From Asterias rubens (taxonomy: Eukaryota): DNA of 64,000 nt. Under the pieces are notes generated by a model, which had not been told where the DNA came from, made no database searches, and worked only from the letters and a program-made list of their open reading frames with translations. Every line of letters starts with the position of its first letter. The first letter of the stretch is position 1. The DNA lies in contig NC_047066.1 of assembly GCF_902459465.1 (NCBI RefSeq), positions 9,982,001 through 10,046,000 of the forward strand. Direction: 5' to 3'. The position numbers were made by a program, and so were the translations under genes. Shown one piece after another: positions 1 to 12,676 of this stretch.

Positions 1-272
1 TGAACAAATGAAAATTTTAAATCTGTGTTTTTAAACATTTCTTTGGATGTTATCAAAGACATCAACATTTTCCAAAAGTATCAAGTGATAAAATGTTATA
101 ATACTAAGCACTAGGAAAATTTGACAAAGTTTACAAGGATTTGAACCCACCCTCTGATGACTTAACCACCAGAACTTGAACTTAATGCTCTAAACCGTTT
201 GACCATGACATTGACAACCGATGACATAACTCAAGCACTGGAATGTGAAAATAAAAACTGAAAGACACCAAC

Positions 273-3200
273 CTCCATTTTAGTATCGAGTTCGAACAGC
301 ACCTCACACTTGCAGCTTAGTCCCATGTCAGGCATCTGATCAAATACGTTTTTACAATTGTACGTGACGTTATCTGTGCTATTGCTGTAAAAGCAGTCTG
401 TGTACTCTACAACAACCTCCTGCACCTGTGTCGTACAAAATGTAATACATGTTCATGAATAATTATACAGTTAAAATCATTATGTCAGGACTCATATTTA
501 TTTATTTTTTTTTTATATTATTTATTGGTTTATTTCATAAACATTACCAAGGAATGAACAGTATGACAACCGATATGGTTGAATTGTACTAGAACATGTA
601 CAGTATAAAAAATATCTTTAAAAAGCGCTAAAAGGTTTTCAGTTTAAAGGCAGTGGACACTTTTGGTAATTGTCAAAGACTAGCCTTCACAGTTGGTGTA
701 TCTCAACATATGCATAAAATAACAAACCTGTGAAAATCTTGAACTTGAGAGATAATAATGAAAAAAAAAAACACTCTTGTCACACAAAGTTGTGTGCGTT
801 TAGATGGTTGATTTCAAGACCTCAAGTTCTAAATCTGAGGTCTCGAAATCAAATTCGTGGAAAATTACTTCTTTCTCGAAAACTATGGCACTTCAGAGGG
901 AGCCGTTTCTCACAATGTTTTATACCATCAACCTCTCCCCATTATTACTCTTCACCAAGAAAGGTTTTATGCTAATAATTATTTTGAGAAATTACCAATA
1001 GTGTCCACTGCCTTTAAACACACAATGGGTAATGAGCAAGAATTACAAACAATCAAAACAACAATCAACCAGCACTTAACAAAAAAGAATGAGACTTAAC
1101 AAAAAGTAATCAAAGAAACAAATTGTGGATAAAAAGCCAGCATTAAAATCCATACAGTTCAACTTAAAAGAATTAAAAAACAGAAGCACACCAAAAGACT
1201 CATGTTAGATTCAGGTTTTGTACAAAAATGTCTACATGTAGTCCAGCAAAGATTCTGAGCTACAAGCCCTGCTATCTCACTTATTTTCCACCCAAAATTC
1301 AAGCCCTGTACACTATGTGGTTGTTCACAGCTACACCACGCATGGTGCCAAGCATTCTAATCTTTCTAAACATTAATCAGTTCGGGTCTGCTATTGAGTT
1401 GTAAGAACTCTCAGGTTCTGGTGGATTTAGGAAGGGATAAAACTTGCCTTCACAAGTGAGTTTGGGTTAATTGATGGGTTTTTAATTCCAATTCCCAAAT
1501 GCTGTTTGCCCAGTATCCTTCCCTCACTGTATCAGAGAGCAACACCATGAGCTGAACCCACAGAGGAAAGACTGGCTTAACTTGACACCCTAACCTGTGC
1601 AATCTGATAAAGGTGGCAAAGCACTGCTAACTTTAGTCATACTCTTGACTATATGTATATAAACTTTACGCAAAATAATATTAATAAATGCCAGGCCTCG
1701 GAATAACCCACAGCACCCATGCAGCAATTGTCGTGATGATCTGTGCTTTTGCTGTATGCCCTGTGCAAGCTACCTGTAAAATATTACAATTGCCTCATAG
1801 CGAAATGTTAACCCCACGGCCATCACCACTCCCCCGTGGTTTGTTTCACCCCCTGCTTGTTTCAGAATCACTTGATGCAATTTTCTACCAAAAAAGGGGG
1901 TATCTAGCTGAACCCTTCTCCCAAGAAAGGGTAGCCAGTTCCTGAAGACAATCAGCGCATACTGATCAAAATGTTGAGTTATAAACACCGGTTCTTCTCA
2001 GAGCCAACACTACTCAAAGAGAGATTTACACAAGGTGCTAAGCAAACCTCACCTGATTACTTCCCAATATAGTTTGTGTGGATTAGTAATTCAGGTTTCA
2101 AAAAGATTTACCCAGGATTTTGTTCAGTGTGAAAGGGGCTCTGTATACAAGGCCAATGTTAGTAACTTACGTTATTTGATGTGACCAGAAATAGAGCTCC
2201 AAGAGGCACAAAGATGATACCGATGATGAAGAATGCTGGTAGTACGGTACCAGCAGTCAGGATAGGTTGCCAGGCGGGTAACCTCTGCTGCTTAAAGGCA
2301 GTGTCTGTGGATATGAACAAAATGAACATTTTTATCGACATTTATGTAATGCATTCCTAGAGCCTTTATAGGAGAGTACAAAACAATTCTTTAACTTGGC
2401 GTTAACCACTTTGGGTCAGGTCACTTTGGGTTACCGGTAACCTCCGCTGCTTAAAGGCAGTGTCTATGGATATGAACACAACAAACATTTTTAGTCTTAA
2501 AGCCAAATTTAATGAGTTCCTCATTTTCTAAGAGAGAGTCTTTATAGGAGAGGACAAAACAATTCTTTAACTTGGAGTTAACCACTTTGGGTCAGATCAC
2601 TGTGGGTTGCCAGGTCGGTAACCTCTGCTGCTTAAAGGCAGTGTCTACCGAGATGATCACTAATGAAAATGTAGTCTTAAAGCAGGGCTCTCTAAAGCCA
2701 AATTTAATGAGTAACTCATTTACAAAGAGTCTTTATAGAAGAGGACAAAACCATACTTTAACTTTGCATAAACACTTTGGGTCAGGTCAGTATTCCCAAA
2801 GTATTTTCTGTGCCTCTGCCTGCTGGTATTATGTTGGGGATTTTTTTTGAGCTTCTGGAGAAATCGTTAAATTTGGAAATGAATTTCAATGTTTTCATAG
2901 TAAAAAGTTTCAACAACCCTAAGCGACAGTAACAATGAAAGTTTGACCGGCAAGTTGATGTTGGTTTCCCCCAAAACATTGACTTGTGTCACAGAAAAAT
3001 TATCCTGAGCCAGCCTGGTGTTTCATTTTAAATATATACTGAGAAGATACATGTAGACTCAGCAGTATTGAAGGTAAAGCTGGGGCTCTTTACTCATGAA
3101 ATAAAACACTCATTATTCATTGACTTTGATGCTTGTTAGCATCAAACTAAAAACAAATTTAGAGATTTTTTTAACATATTGAATGAGATAGACACATATG

Positions 3201-4725
3201 ACTCTTCTACTCCTAGAACTATGAGGTTAGTTCCACTATCACATGCGATAGCGGAACATATCTCCAGTTTTGCTTTCACCAGCTGTAAAGGCATGAAAGG
3301 GATGAAAGGGATTAATCCATCAAGTATCTACATGTAGAGTATGACTCTTCCACAAATGTTTAATGGTTTAATATGTTCACAAAACATATTTTTAAAGGAT
3401 GAAGAAGTGCATTTAAAATTTGTTTGAGGCAGTTGTCGTCAGGCATAATGTAGTTCTGTCGGCTTAGTGCGACTTTAAATAAGGCCAATCATGTTTATTT
3501 AATTTATTTTATTTTATTTTATTCAACATCCAAACAGCGCAAGCGCCAATACACAACGAATCACAGTAAAACGTAACAATAAAATTTAAAAATATCAGTC
3601 AGCTAGTGTTTATGTCTGAATCAGAAATATTGGAAAAGTTTCCATATGGTGCCACCATTTTTTCATTCGATATTAAAAATTAAAGTATCTAATTTACCTC
3701 AACGAAATATCCCTTTTTGTAAAAATTTGTGAAAAAGTGGTGGTGCCATACGGAAAGTTATCTGAAATTTTAAATAACCAATAATTCCAATGTCATTGAC
3801 CATGGCGAATTGTGTTTTTTTAGTTAGTTTTACTCCAATGCAAACATGCTTTTAAATATTTTAAATTAAATTATAAAATTTGTTATAAACAATCAATTAA
3901 TTTATGTTTCAATAGCCCAGTGGCGGCGGTTTGTGCAGTAAAGACATGTCAAGGCCCAATTTCATAGAGCTGCTAAGCACAAAAATTTGCTTAGCATGAA
4001 ATTTTTACCTTCATAATCATAAAAACAGGATTACCAACCAAATTTTTTACGGGATTTTTAGGATTATAATTAAACAACAGCTGAATACCTGTAGCAAGCA
4101 AGCAATAGGCCTATGCTATGCAACAAATGCAAATAATTGTTGCTGTTTGTATCAAGGAAGAAATTTCCTGCTAAGCAAATTTTTGTGCTAAGCACCTCTA
4201 GTCTACGTACGACTACGAGTATGAAATTGGGCAAAGCACTGGCATATGACTGGGTGGGAGCTCAATCACAACAACTTACAAGAAGGGGGGCAAGAACTTG
4301 AAGAAGATAGATGGCAATCGAAATCGGATACTGCATTTTTTTAGATTTGTTAACGTTCCTTCCGTCCTCTCCTTGATCAGTTAGGAATGTGAACACATGA
4401 ATTGAAAAGATTGAGGCAAGAAAGATCAGACCACTCCACTTTGTCTGTGAGTGTGAAAACGGAACTAAACTAACAATTTGAGTTGACAAAATGAAGTAAT
4501 ACAAAAATTAATAATAAGTAATTTCATGAAAAGCAAGGCGACGTTTAACTGGTTTTACAGCTTGGTTGTGCACCTTTTAACTGTACACTTACTTGCAGGT
4601 CTGTTACTCTTTTTCTTCTCCTCTGGATTGCCATTATCATCGTTCAAGTTTGCCACGGAATTGGCATTTTCTTGATCGCTGCCCGTCGACTTGGCAGAAG
4701 ACACCCGAGATCGTACATCCGCCAT
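273..4725 (-). CDS. TMEM30A: Cell cycle control protein 50 (CDC50/TMEM30, P4-ATPase flippase beta subunit), first three coding exons; gene continues beyond position 1
   Basis: Exons 4725-4593 (MADVRSRV...KKSNRPA, phase 1), 2304-2171 ([45 protein letters not shown], phase 0) and 425-273 ([11 protein letters not shown]...TKME). All junctions are GT-AG and in frame. [13 protein letters not shown] followed by a TM helix is the CDC50 signature. Paralog assignment (A vs B/C) is by convention only. Confidence 0.93.
648..1013. mobile_element. Non-autonomous TTAA-flanked DNA transposon (Kolobok-like MITE, family A)
   Basis: TIRs AGGCAGTGGACAC/GTGTCCACTGCCT and TTAA on both sides; many near-identical copies in this window. 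Confidence 0.85.
3631..3762. mobile_element. Small palindromic MITE (GATAACTTTCCGTATGGCGCCACCAC-type ends)
   Basis: Inverted ends; a second copy lies at ~35598-35738. Confidence 0.65.
3953..4232. mobile_element. MITE with GGCCCAATTTCATA termini
   Basis: GGCCCAATTTCATAGAG / TATGAAATTGGGC TIRs. Related copies or fragments lie at ~10590, ~41812-41992, ~49311-49505 and ~61790-61843. Confidence 0.75.
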
Positions 4726-5122
4726 TTTGTTTAGTTGTATTTTGATAAAATTTCGCTGGTAACCAAAAACAATTTTGCCTTCATGTGTATACTTCTTTAT
4801 GACTTCATAGACTTAACCTAGTAAACCACTGTTTCAGTGTTTTTATTTTCAGAATATAGTTTCATTTGATAAACATAAAATAAAATTTAAGATGCATATT
4901 GCAGCAGCAAAATCTATTAAATAGTTGTATAAATACTAAAGTTACAAATAACACCCGATCAGTAGGCTGTAAATATATTTTACCATCAGGACCCCGCCCT
5001 TAAATGGAGCGAAAACAAATAAGTTGACTGCTACAAGTTTAACAAATATTCTCTGGTGTTTTTTACAAGCGTGAGCGGTTACTTTTATTTAAATACTATC
5101 AGATTCTCTTATCAGTATGACA

Positions 5123-5194
5123 TCCCATATGGTCTAGTGGTTAGGATCCGTGGTTTTCACCCACGTGGCCCGGGTTCGATTCCCGGTGTGGGAA
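5123..5194 (+). tRNA. tRNA-Glu, anticodon TTC
   Basis: 72 nt, TCCCATATGGTCTAGTGGTTAGGATCCGTGGTTTTCACCCACGTGGCCCGGGTTCGATTCCCGGTGTGGGAA. Acceptor stem TCCCATA/TGTGGGA, anticodon stem CGTGG/CCACG with loop TT-TTC-AC, T arm CCGGG-TTCGATT-CCCGG, intact A and B boxes, and a T-run shortly downstream. Confidence 0.95.
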
Positions 5195-8100
5195 GCCTTA
5201 TTTTTTTTTCTTGATGTTTATTTTTGTATTTTGCTATATATAATAGGTTTGAGAAAATTATTTGTGTCTTCGGTGCTTGTTGTCGTTTTCTCTTGGTTGG
5301 AGTTCACTCTTTTCAAAAAATGTAATGTAGAGTAGGAATTTGAGAGGCCTATAGCCACCGTCTTCCCTTCAGCTCCATATTGATTCTAAATAATAGTCCA
5401 GCCTTCTTCTGGCTATTGTGGTGGCAGCAGACATTTTTTTACCACCAAGATTTCACAATTATTGTTGGATATCACAACGACTTTTTCCTACACCGTAGGC
5501 CTACTTGCAATAAAGTGTGATTATTGTTGCATTTTTTTTAAACTCATATTAAAACAAAATTACATATATATAATATATATGCCTCTGGTTTAGCCTTGGT
5601 GTTCCTTCCAAAGTTTCCATTGACTAATATTGTTTCAATGGAAGTGCCCTTTGAAAAATAAAAACGGACTTGCCCTTTCAAAGGTAAAATTTCAGACCTG
5701 ATAAAACATACCCTTTACTGTGTTCAATATGTAATTTTACCGGTTACACGTATGGGTCATATTATCGTTTTTGCTCGGCTCAATATACACTCGTCAACGT
5801 CCCCAAGAGTAAATCCCCCATCCCCCTACATCTTAAAGATTTGACAAGCCTGACGAGTTGATCCCCTTGGCCCTCTTGCGGCGGAGTCGTCAATTATGAG
5901 TAGGCAACTTTGGCGCCTCTTCTACACAGGAAGGAAACAGCTTTCACTTTTTTTTTTCTTTTCTTTTTTTGACGCGGTTGTATGGGAACTCCAAACGAAG
6001 GGCATTACGATAGTGCCTTAAAATAGTACAACAGGAAATTCCAAGGTCAAAATGTGCAAGATGATTTGTTTGGCTATTATAATTCAAACATATAGCTATA
6101 CAAGTATAAGAGATTTACGCTGATGCTGCCGCAAACATCACCGATATTACTCTTCACCATGTTAGTTTAAAATCCTACTGTATTAAATTTTATAACTTAT
6201 AAATGCCTGTTGTATAAGGGCATGTTTTAAACTTTGTTAAAAGGCTGTTTCGTAATCAATTCAATCCAGATTATAACAATTAATCTTGGCAGTATAAAAA
6301 CACCACTCTATCTACATAATGGTTGTCAAAGAACCTGCACGGCCACAACACAACTCGTACGTGTATGCATGGAGGTAGAATGTGGGACCTCCATGGTTTA
6401 CGTGATCACACAGTGTCATTGGGTGGTGCGCGCAATTTAATGTTTGCCAAATACCGGTATGGTTTTATGATGTACTGGTTAATTGTTTAAAGGCAGGTGT
6501 GTCCCTATTGGTGTAACGGGAAACTAACTGCTTAAGTGAGTTTGAATGGTTTGATCATTTTTATCGGTTGTACAGCTTCACCCTAATTACTATGCACACT
6601 TATCCGTGCGGATGACGGGTTACGCGCATGCGCAATCGCAATGCCAAACCTCACGTTGCATGCAGTGGGTATGTGTGAGGCTTCGCATCATGAATACAAG
6701 GGTGTATCGTTTTGAACTCTTCAACTCAGTGCATCTTTCTCATTTATCTTTGCGCAGAGGCGATATCGTAACCAATGAGGTTTATCCGAGGTGCGATTAT
6801 TGCTAGTTGAAAACTTATCCCAATACCCCGCAATGACGACGTGAAATATCGTCGGCAGATGCAATTTTTGATGGTCTCTACGGAGACCCAATTAACAAAA
6901 GCTAAAAATAGAATAGGGGCCTAGTAAATAAGGGAACTGAAATTCCTGATAGAAAAACATCTGACCTCACTCCACATGAATAAGCCCAGTCAAAGGACAG
7001 GTGAAAACTCTGAGGGGTTGTTATAATATCAAATAATCAACACTATGAGAGTGGCATACTTACAATAATAGTGGGGACTCAAGTAATGCACATTCGTAAA
7101 TATTTTCCCAGCTTCACTGAGCTGATGGGTGTGTTATTTATAACTTAGCATCAGAAACAAATTAAATCATAAAGGTAGGATAAAATTGAGGACCACTCTA
7201 AATACATTCGTTTGTTTACATTCAACAATTATGTATCAATATTTAATCATAATGGGGTATATGGTTGCATGGAATCCCGAGTCACCAAAATGAAGAGGGA
7301 TGTGCTCAACGTTAAATACCGTTTCAAAAAAAACCCATCAACAACTATTTTCTGCCACTCCGAGGCCTGATACATGCCTCCATTCACATACCAGTTACAC
7401 TTTTCTTGCCAGTGCCACTTAAAAAAAGTCTAGTAGAAATTCAAATTGAGCAGAGGTGCTCTCAAAGGGGCAGATTGTTGGCTTCAAAAAAAATTGCTGT
7501 TTGGAATACGTCTTATCCTTTTTTATACAATGATCTAATATGAAATTGCCTGTGGAAATACAACCAGCAGAACGTTTTCCTTGCCTTATTTTACAAAGTC
7601 ATGCAACTGCGGTTTTGTGTCAAAAAGAGGAAAGGGCCACGCTTAGTGCCACAATCAAGAAACCAAATATGATGAAATCAGGTGATCAGCTGAAAATTTG
7701 CACAACATTTATTACAAGAACACAGTCTAAGGCCTATTTAACCAAAGTCCCAGAGGAAACTGTTGTGTGATTGTATGCCATTTAAAACAAAAATCTACTT
7801 TTAATTTGAATAGTCAAAACACTCCATTATTTACAATTCTCTTTATTTCCTTAAAGATAAGAACTTTAAATAAACAAGAAGTGAACATCCCCAAACTTAC
7901 ATATACAAGAAAGCGGCGAATTAAAAGACAAAAACAAGAAAAGGACAAGAGAAAGAAACAACAAAAATACACCGGATATTAGAAAGTGAAATATTGATAT
8001 GTTTTTTTATTGGAAAATACAACTCATTTATAATAATTTTATCAAGGATGATTTAATTTAATTTCCTCTTCCTCAATTTCATCAAAATAAAGGTTATACA

Positions 8101-9025
8101 GTACATTTCACTTCAATAACAGCTCTATGTTTCTCAAGTTAGGGTGGATGGTTAGGTATTTTGTTGAAGGTAAATAAACAAAAAATCAATCTAAAAAGGC
8201 TCCAACTATAAAACATGCCTGCTTCATTTAAAACAAAGTTCATCAGCTCAATTTAAAAACATAAAATAGCAAAAACTACTTGCTGGAATAAAATATTATA
8301 ATGCATTAATTAAACTAATATACCAAACTGAAAATATACATGCAGTGTTACATAAAGCCAACTCATATAGCAAATAAGAAAACAATATTATAAATCATAC
8401 AAAAATTCAAATGTTATGGCTTTAGTTTTCCTGCAAAATTGGTTCTCCATGTGCCCTTCAGTCACAAAGAAAAGGGCCTGGCCAGTCAGACATGACGACT
8501 TTCAAGGCCCATCAAGTGTAGTTTACATGTGTACATTAGACCACTTAATCTTTAACCTTCTCTTTGCATTCTTGCGTATTACAATGTGGTATCTCCTCAA
8601 CATAAAGGTCATTACTAAACAATCAATAGTTATCATGCAAACAAAAATACTTTTAAAGCTAAAAGAGACAGGCCAAAGGTACAGCGTTAGATTTTTCCAA
8701 AGAGTACATTCACATGTTGTCCTTCTCATTGTTTTTAAAAGAAACGTCTCACACAAAACAAACCTGTGAAAAATCAACAGCTTAGTTTCTCAAATGGAAG
8801 GCTGAAAAATCAACCTATAGTGGTATTGTTGAGTCTACATGCTAGGCCAAATTAAAAAAATAAACAAATTTCTTGCCCCTCCCACTTCCTTTTTCATGCT
8901 TGCATAATTTGTGTGTTTTTATACCAGCAGGACAGCTACAAATTAAACATGGTCTTAAAAGATGCCTAGAATTTGGCTTCAAAGTTTAAGTACAGTTGTA
9001 GAATAACAATTCCCAGAGTACTTAA

Positions 9026-9403
9026 AGGCAGTGGACACTATTGGTAATTGTCAAAGACTCGCCTTCATAGTTGGTGTATCTCAACATATGCATAATATAA
9101 CAAACCTGTGAAAATTTGAGCTCAATCGGTCATCGAACTTGCGAGATAATAATGAAAGAAAAAAACACCAATGTCACAGGAAGTTGTGTTCGTTAAGATC
9201 GTTGATTTCGAGACCTCAAGTTCTAAATCTGAGGTCTCAAAATCAAATTTGTGGAAAATTACTTCTTTCTCAAAAACTATGGCACTTCAGAGGGAGCCGT
9301 TTCTTACAATGTTTATAATATCAACCTCTCCCCATTACTCATCACCAAGAAAGGTTTTATGCTAAAATGTATTTTGAGTAATTACCAATAGTGTCCACTG
9401 CCT
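9026..9403. mobile_element. MITE family A, complete
   Basis: Same TIRs and TTAA flanks as 648-1013. Confidence 0.85.
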
Positions 9404-11575
9404 TTAAAAACTTGCATCAAGTTAAGACCAAAACCTTAGCACCATTTGGTGTACAATTTGTTGTTTTTTTTCTTTCTGAAATGTCCCCTTTAAAAAAAGG
9501 AAATGACTGACAGGCCCATCAGGATGAAAGTCCTTCTCTTACTTTTTTTCACACGTTTCACCGTGTCATGACATGTGTTTAAAATAAATCTGTAATTCTC
9601 GTTAACGAGAATTTATATTGTTTTGCTGTTTTCTCAAAAAGTAAAGCATTTCATGGAATAATATTTCAAGAGAAGTCTTTCACCATTGCCTTCTGTAAAC
9701 CCTGCAAGTTTTTTGTAAATCTGTGAACTTTTTTTTATTTTTTCTGAACCGAAAGGGTCCAATGGCTTTAAGAACAATTAATAACACACATAACAAATTA
9801 TCAAAAAAGTTATTGGAACATTTTAGAAAGATGGCAGTAGTAGTAAAGCAGTGTCACTATTTTCACTAAAAGGTACCCAATTACTAACTATAGAGGAAGA
9901 TTTCTACCTCAATGATCTTTACTATCAAGTCAGTAAGCCTATGACGTGTAACGGCAGAGCACTCATGTGCAATGCGCTCAAGTTCTGGTGTTTTTCATCA
10001 GCAGAGTGTGGGTTCGAGTACCGGTCATGGCACTTGTGTCTTTCTAGGGTAGACACTTAAACCATAACTGCTTCGTCATTCGGGTGGGACGCTAAGCCCT
10101 AGGTCCCATCACCTGTGTGTTGTATAATGTATGTAACAGAGCACACTACACTTAATCATAAACAGAGGGGGGGTTCACCACAGTGTTTCTGGCAGTGGCT
10201 GCCGAGTGCGCTGCTGCACCTTGCAAAAAAAAAAGATAAGATACATAAACGGGTACAGAATTGTGCTTTTCTGTGTTGAAGCGCCATGTTAAAATAGTAA
10301 GATTTCACTATCATTATTATTAATAAACTAAAAGAAATGTCATCAATTTTAGAATTGTCTGAGACTAAGGTGTTGATTAGGCCATCATACATGCACAATA
10401 CATGTATGTAGTGCTGATTGTGAAATTCTGAAAAGTGCAAGAGGGCATACATGTACCATTTAGCATGAGCATGAGTAATCCTATTTCACCCAATAAAAGC
10501 GCCAAACACCTGCCAAAAAGGGAGAGACAGGTGTCAGGTTGCCTTAGTTTGTGCCTGATGTGTGCATGTACATGTAGTTGATTGTGTCAAGCCCAATTTC
10601 ATAGAGCTGCTTTTTAAACATAACGGGTTGCTCAGCACAACAAAGTTATGCTTACCAATACCAGAATAAGGTTACCAGCCAAACTGCCATATCACATGTA
10701 CAAATGGTGACGGGTATCCTGATCATTTCTGTTCAGCAACAAAATTATTTTCTGCCTGTACAGCAGCTCCAACTATTAAATAGGGCCAGTTTTTCATAGG
10801 ATTGCTAACTCTACATCGTCAGTGACACATTATTGTGAACAGCGTTTAACTACAATTTCATTGGCACTCTTCTTCTTTAACAATTCATGTTCACAGCTTA
10901 GCACATCTGTTGTCTGTGAGTCACATTGCTCAGTCGCTGTGAAAAGAGCTGTGTCATGACCACGGTTGCACCGCTTAACAAACCAAGCGTCAATAAAGAA
11001 GCCTGGGAATATTGCCCTTTGGGAAACGGGGGCCCAAATGCACCTCGGACAGCTTTCTACAAGTGTTAAGTTTGCCACCAAGAACAAAATTTACAATGTA
11101 ATGCCCGGTAATGCCCCTGCTTTTGCTCGAAAGAATTCTAATGTGCCATGAGACATGTATGTTAGTCAGGCTGGTAACGCTATTCTGTTAAGCATTATAA
11201 CTATTGTGCCTGGGTACTTTTTGTGCTTTAAGCAGCTCTATGAACTTTTGCCCAGACAGTAGGATCAAAGTACATTACATGTAGGCCCATACAATGCAAA
11301 AACAAGTAGAGGAGCATAGGCCTGGTCCACTTGGTAAACCTAGTCCATGAATTGCCCCTGGTCTTTGGATGGCATCGGTACATCTTCAAAACTTTCCCAT
11401 ATAATTTAAGATTTTGTAATGAAATTGTCCTTTGCAAAATGAAAATTAATGGCCTTGCCCTCTCAACGATGAAAGTCCAGGAATGCTAATTTCTCTATTC
11501 ATTTAATGCAATCTGTATGCAAACATTCCTGAAATTTCAAAAAAATATGAATATTTAAAAAGAAATTCATTATCT

Positions 11576-12676
11576 CTAAGATGATGATGATGATGATGAT
11601 GTTCTTCGCTGCCTGTGCTCATTAATTTTCTGCACAATCAGCATTCCAAACTCAGCGTGCATCTCCGAGAATGATCGTACATCATGATCATGAAATAGAG
11701 CCTGTCCCGACTTTGGGATTGGCCCGCCTTGCCCAAGTTGTCCCTTATTGAAGAATCGGGCTCTGGTGGTTCCGCTACGTGGCATCATCCTTGGAGATGT
11801 CGATATATTTTCATAGAAGACCGATCTAGCGATGCGTCCAGAACCTGGGGCAGTAGCAGAGTTGGGATTCGAGGGAGGCTTTCGCAAGTTTTGAGAAACA
11901 CTAATGTCCGACTGTAATATACTGGGTTCGTGGCCATTGTTGACGCCCCCACCATTGATGTTCTCCACAAAGAATTGAGGTGCCGTAGAAGACTGGATGC
12001 CATTCCCTTTGTCAGTACCTTTTTGGCTATTGGAAGAAACAAGCGGATCCCAGATGTCATAAGACGGGTTGCTGTACTGCGCTGCAGGCACCGAGTTGCG
12101 CTGGAAGGCATCTTGTCGTGGTGCTCCGTGGTGCGATAGGGACTCTGTTTTCGCTTTATCGTACATGCCCATCTTAACGGGGTATTCAGCCATGTCTTCC
12201 AGGCAGTGGTCATCCGAATGACCTGTTGTGACATAGGAATAGCGCCCCGGACGCATTTGTCCATCTCCGTGTGAGTCATGGGTAAGTTCATCAAGCTGTC
12301 GTTGAAGCTCGTCAACCATCGCCTTCATGTAGTCGTAGCTAGAACACGACAGCGCTCGCATCCAAGACTCCATGTCGTCCTGGCTGTACGCCGACAGAAT
12401 GTACGTCCTCGCTCCATCGCCGGGGAACGAAATCTGGAATGTAAACTGGCTGTCCTCACTGTCTGCCAGTTCCACACGACATCCCTCTAGAATTATAACT
12501 CCCACAGGGTCTCGATCGCCCTTCTTTTCCAAGTAGAACAGAAGATTTCCCTTCAGAACGAACCATCTCCTCTGATACCCTCTGTTTATTTCACCGCGCT
12601 TCGCCAAGATCCCCTCCTTGTCGATGGGCGAGTTGCACGAGGCAAAGTAAGCTACATTACGCTCATTCAACTTCAT
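11576..12676 (-). CDS. PHETA1: Sesquipedalian / PH domain-containing endocytic trafficking adaptor (PHETA/FAM109/IPIP27 family), 366 aa, single coding exon
   Basis: MKLNERNVAYFASCNSPIDKEGILAKRG...RRWFVLKGNLLFY...EPVGVIILEGC-like PH domain (here DPVGVIILEGC), a coiled coil (YDYMKAMVDELQRQLDEL) and a C-terminal F&H motif (SFSEMHAEFG). The start is placed at the family-typical MKLNE (12676), not at the longer ORF start 12715. Confidence 0.92.
   Translation of the reverse strand: MKLNERNVAYFASCNSPIDKEGILAKRGEINRGYQRRWFVLKGNLLFYLEKKGDRDPVGVIILEGCRVELADSEDSQFTFQISFPGDGARTYILSAYSQDDMESWMRALSCSSYDYMKAMVDELQRQLDELTHDSHGDGQMRPGRYSYVTTGHSDDHCLEDMAEYPVKMGMYDKAKTESLSHHGAPRQDAFQRNSVPAAQYSNPSYDIWDPLVSSNSQKGTDKGNGIQSSTAPQFFVENINGGGVNNGHEPSILQSDISVSQNLRKPPSNPNSATAPGSGRIARSVFYENISTSPRMMPRSGTTRARFFNKGQLGQGGPIPKSGQALFHDHDVRSFSEMHAEFGMLIVQKINEHRQRRTSSSSSSS

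Noticed and set aside
730-1099. Recurrent ORFs such as [15 protein letters not shown]... and ...[17 protein letters not shown]... (also at 9171, 33262, 52629, 56351, 57939, 60845)
   Set aside because: They are incidental frames of MITE family A. Stops and frameshifts differ between copies and there are no transposase motifs.
2291-2304. TTAAAGGCAGTG at the start of CDC50 exon 2, identical to the family A MITE end
   Set aside because: It encodes the conserved TAFK residues; the match ends after 12 nt and is best explained as coincidence.
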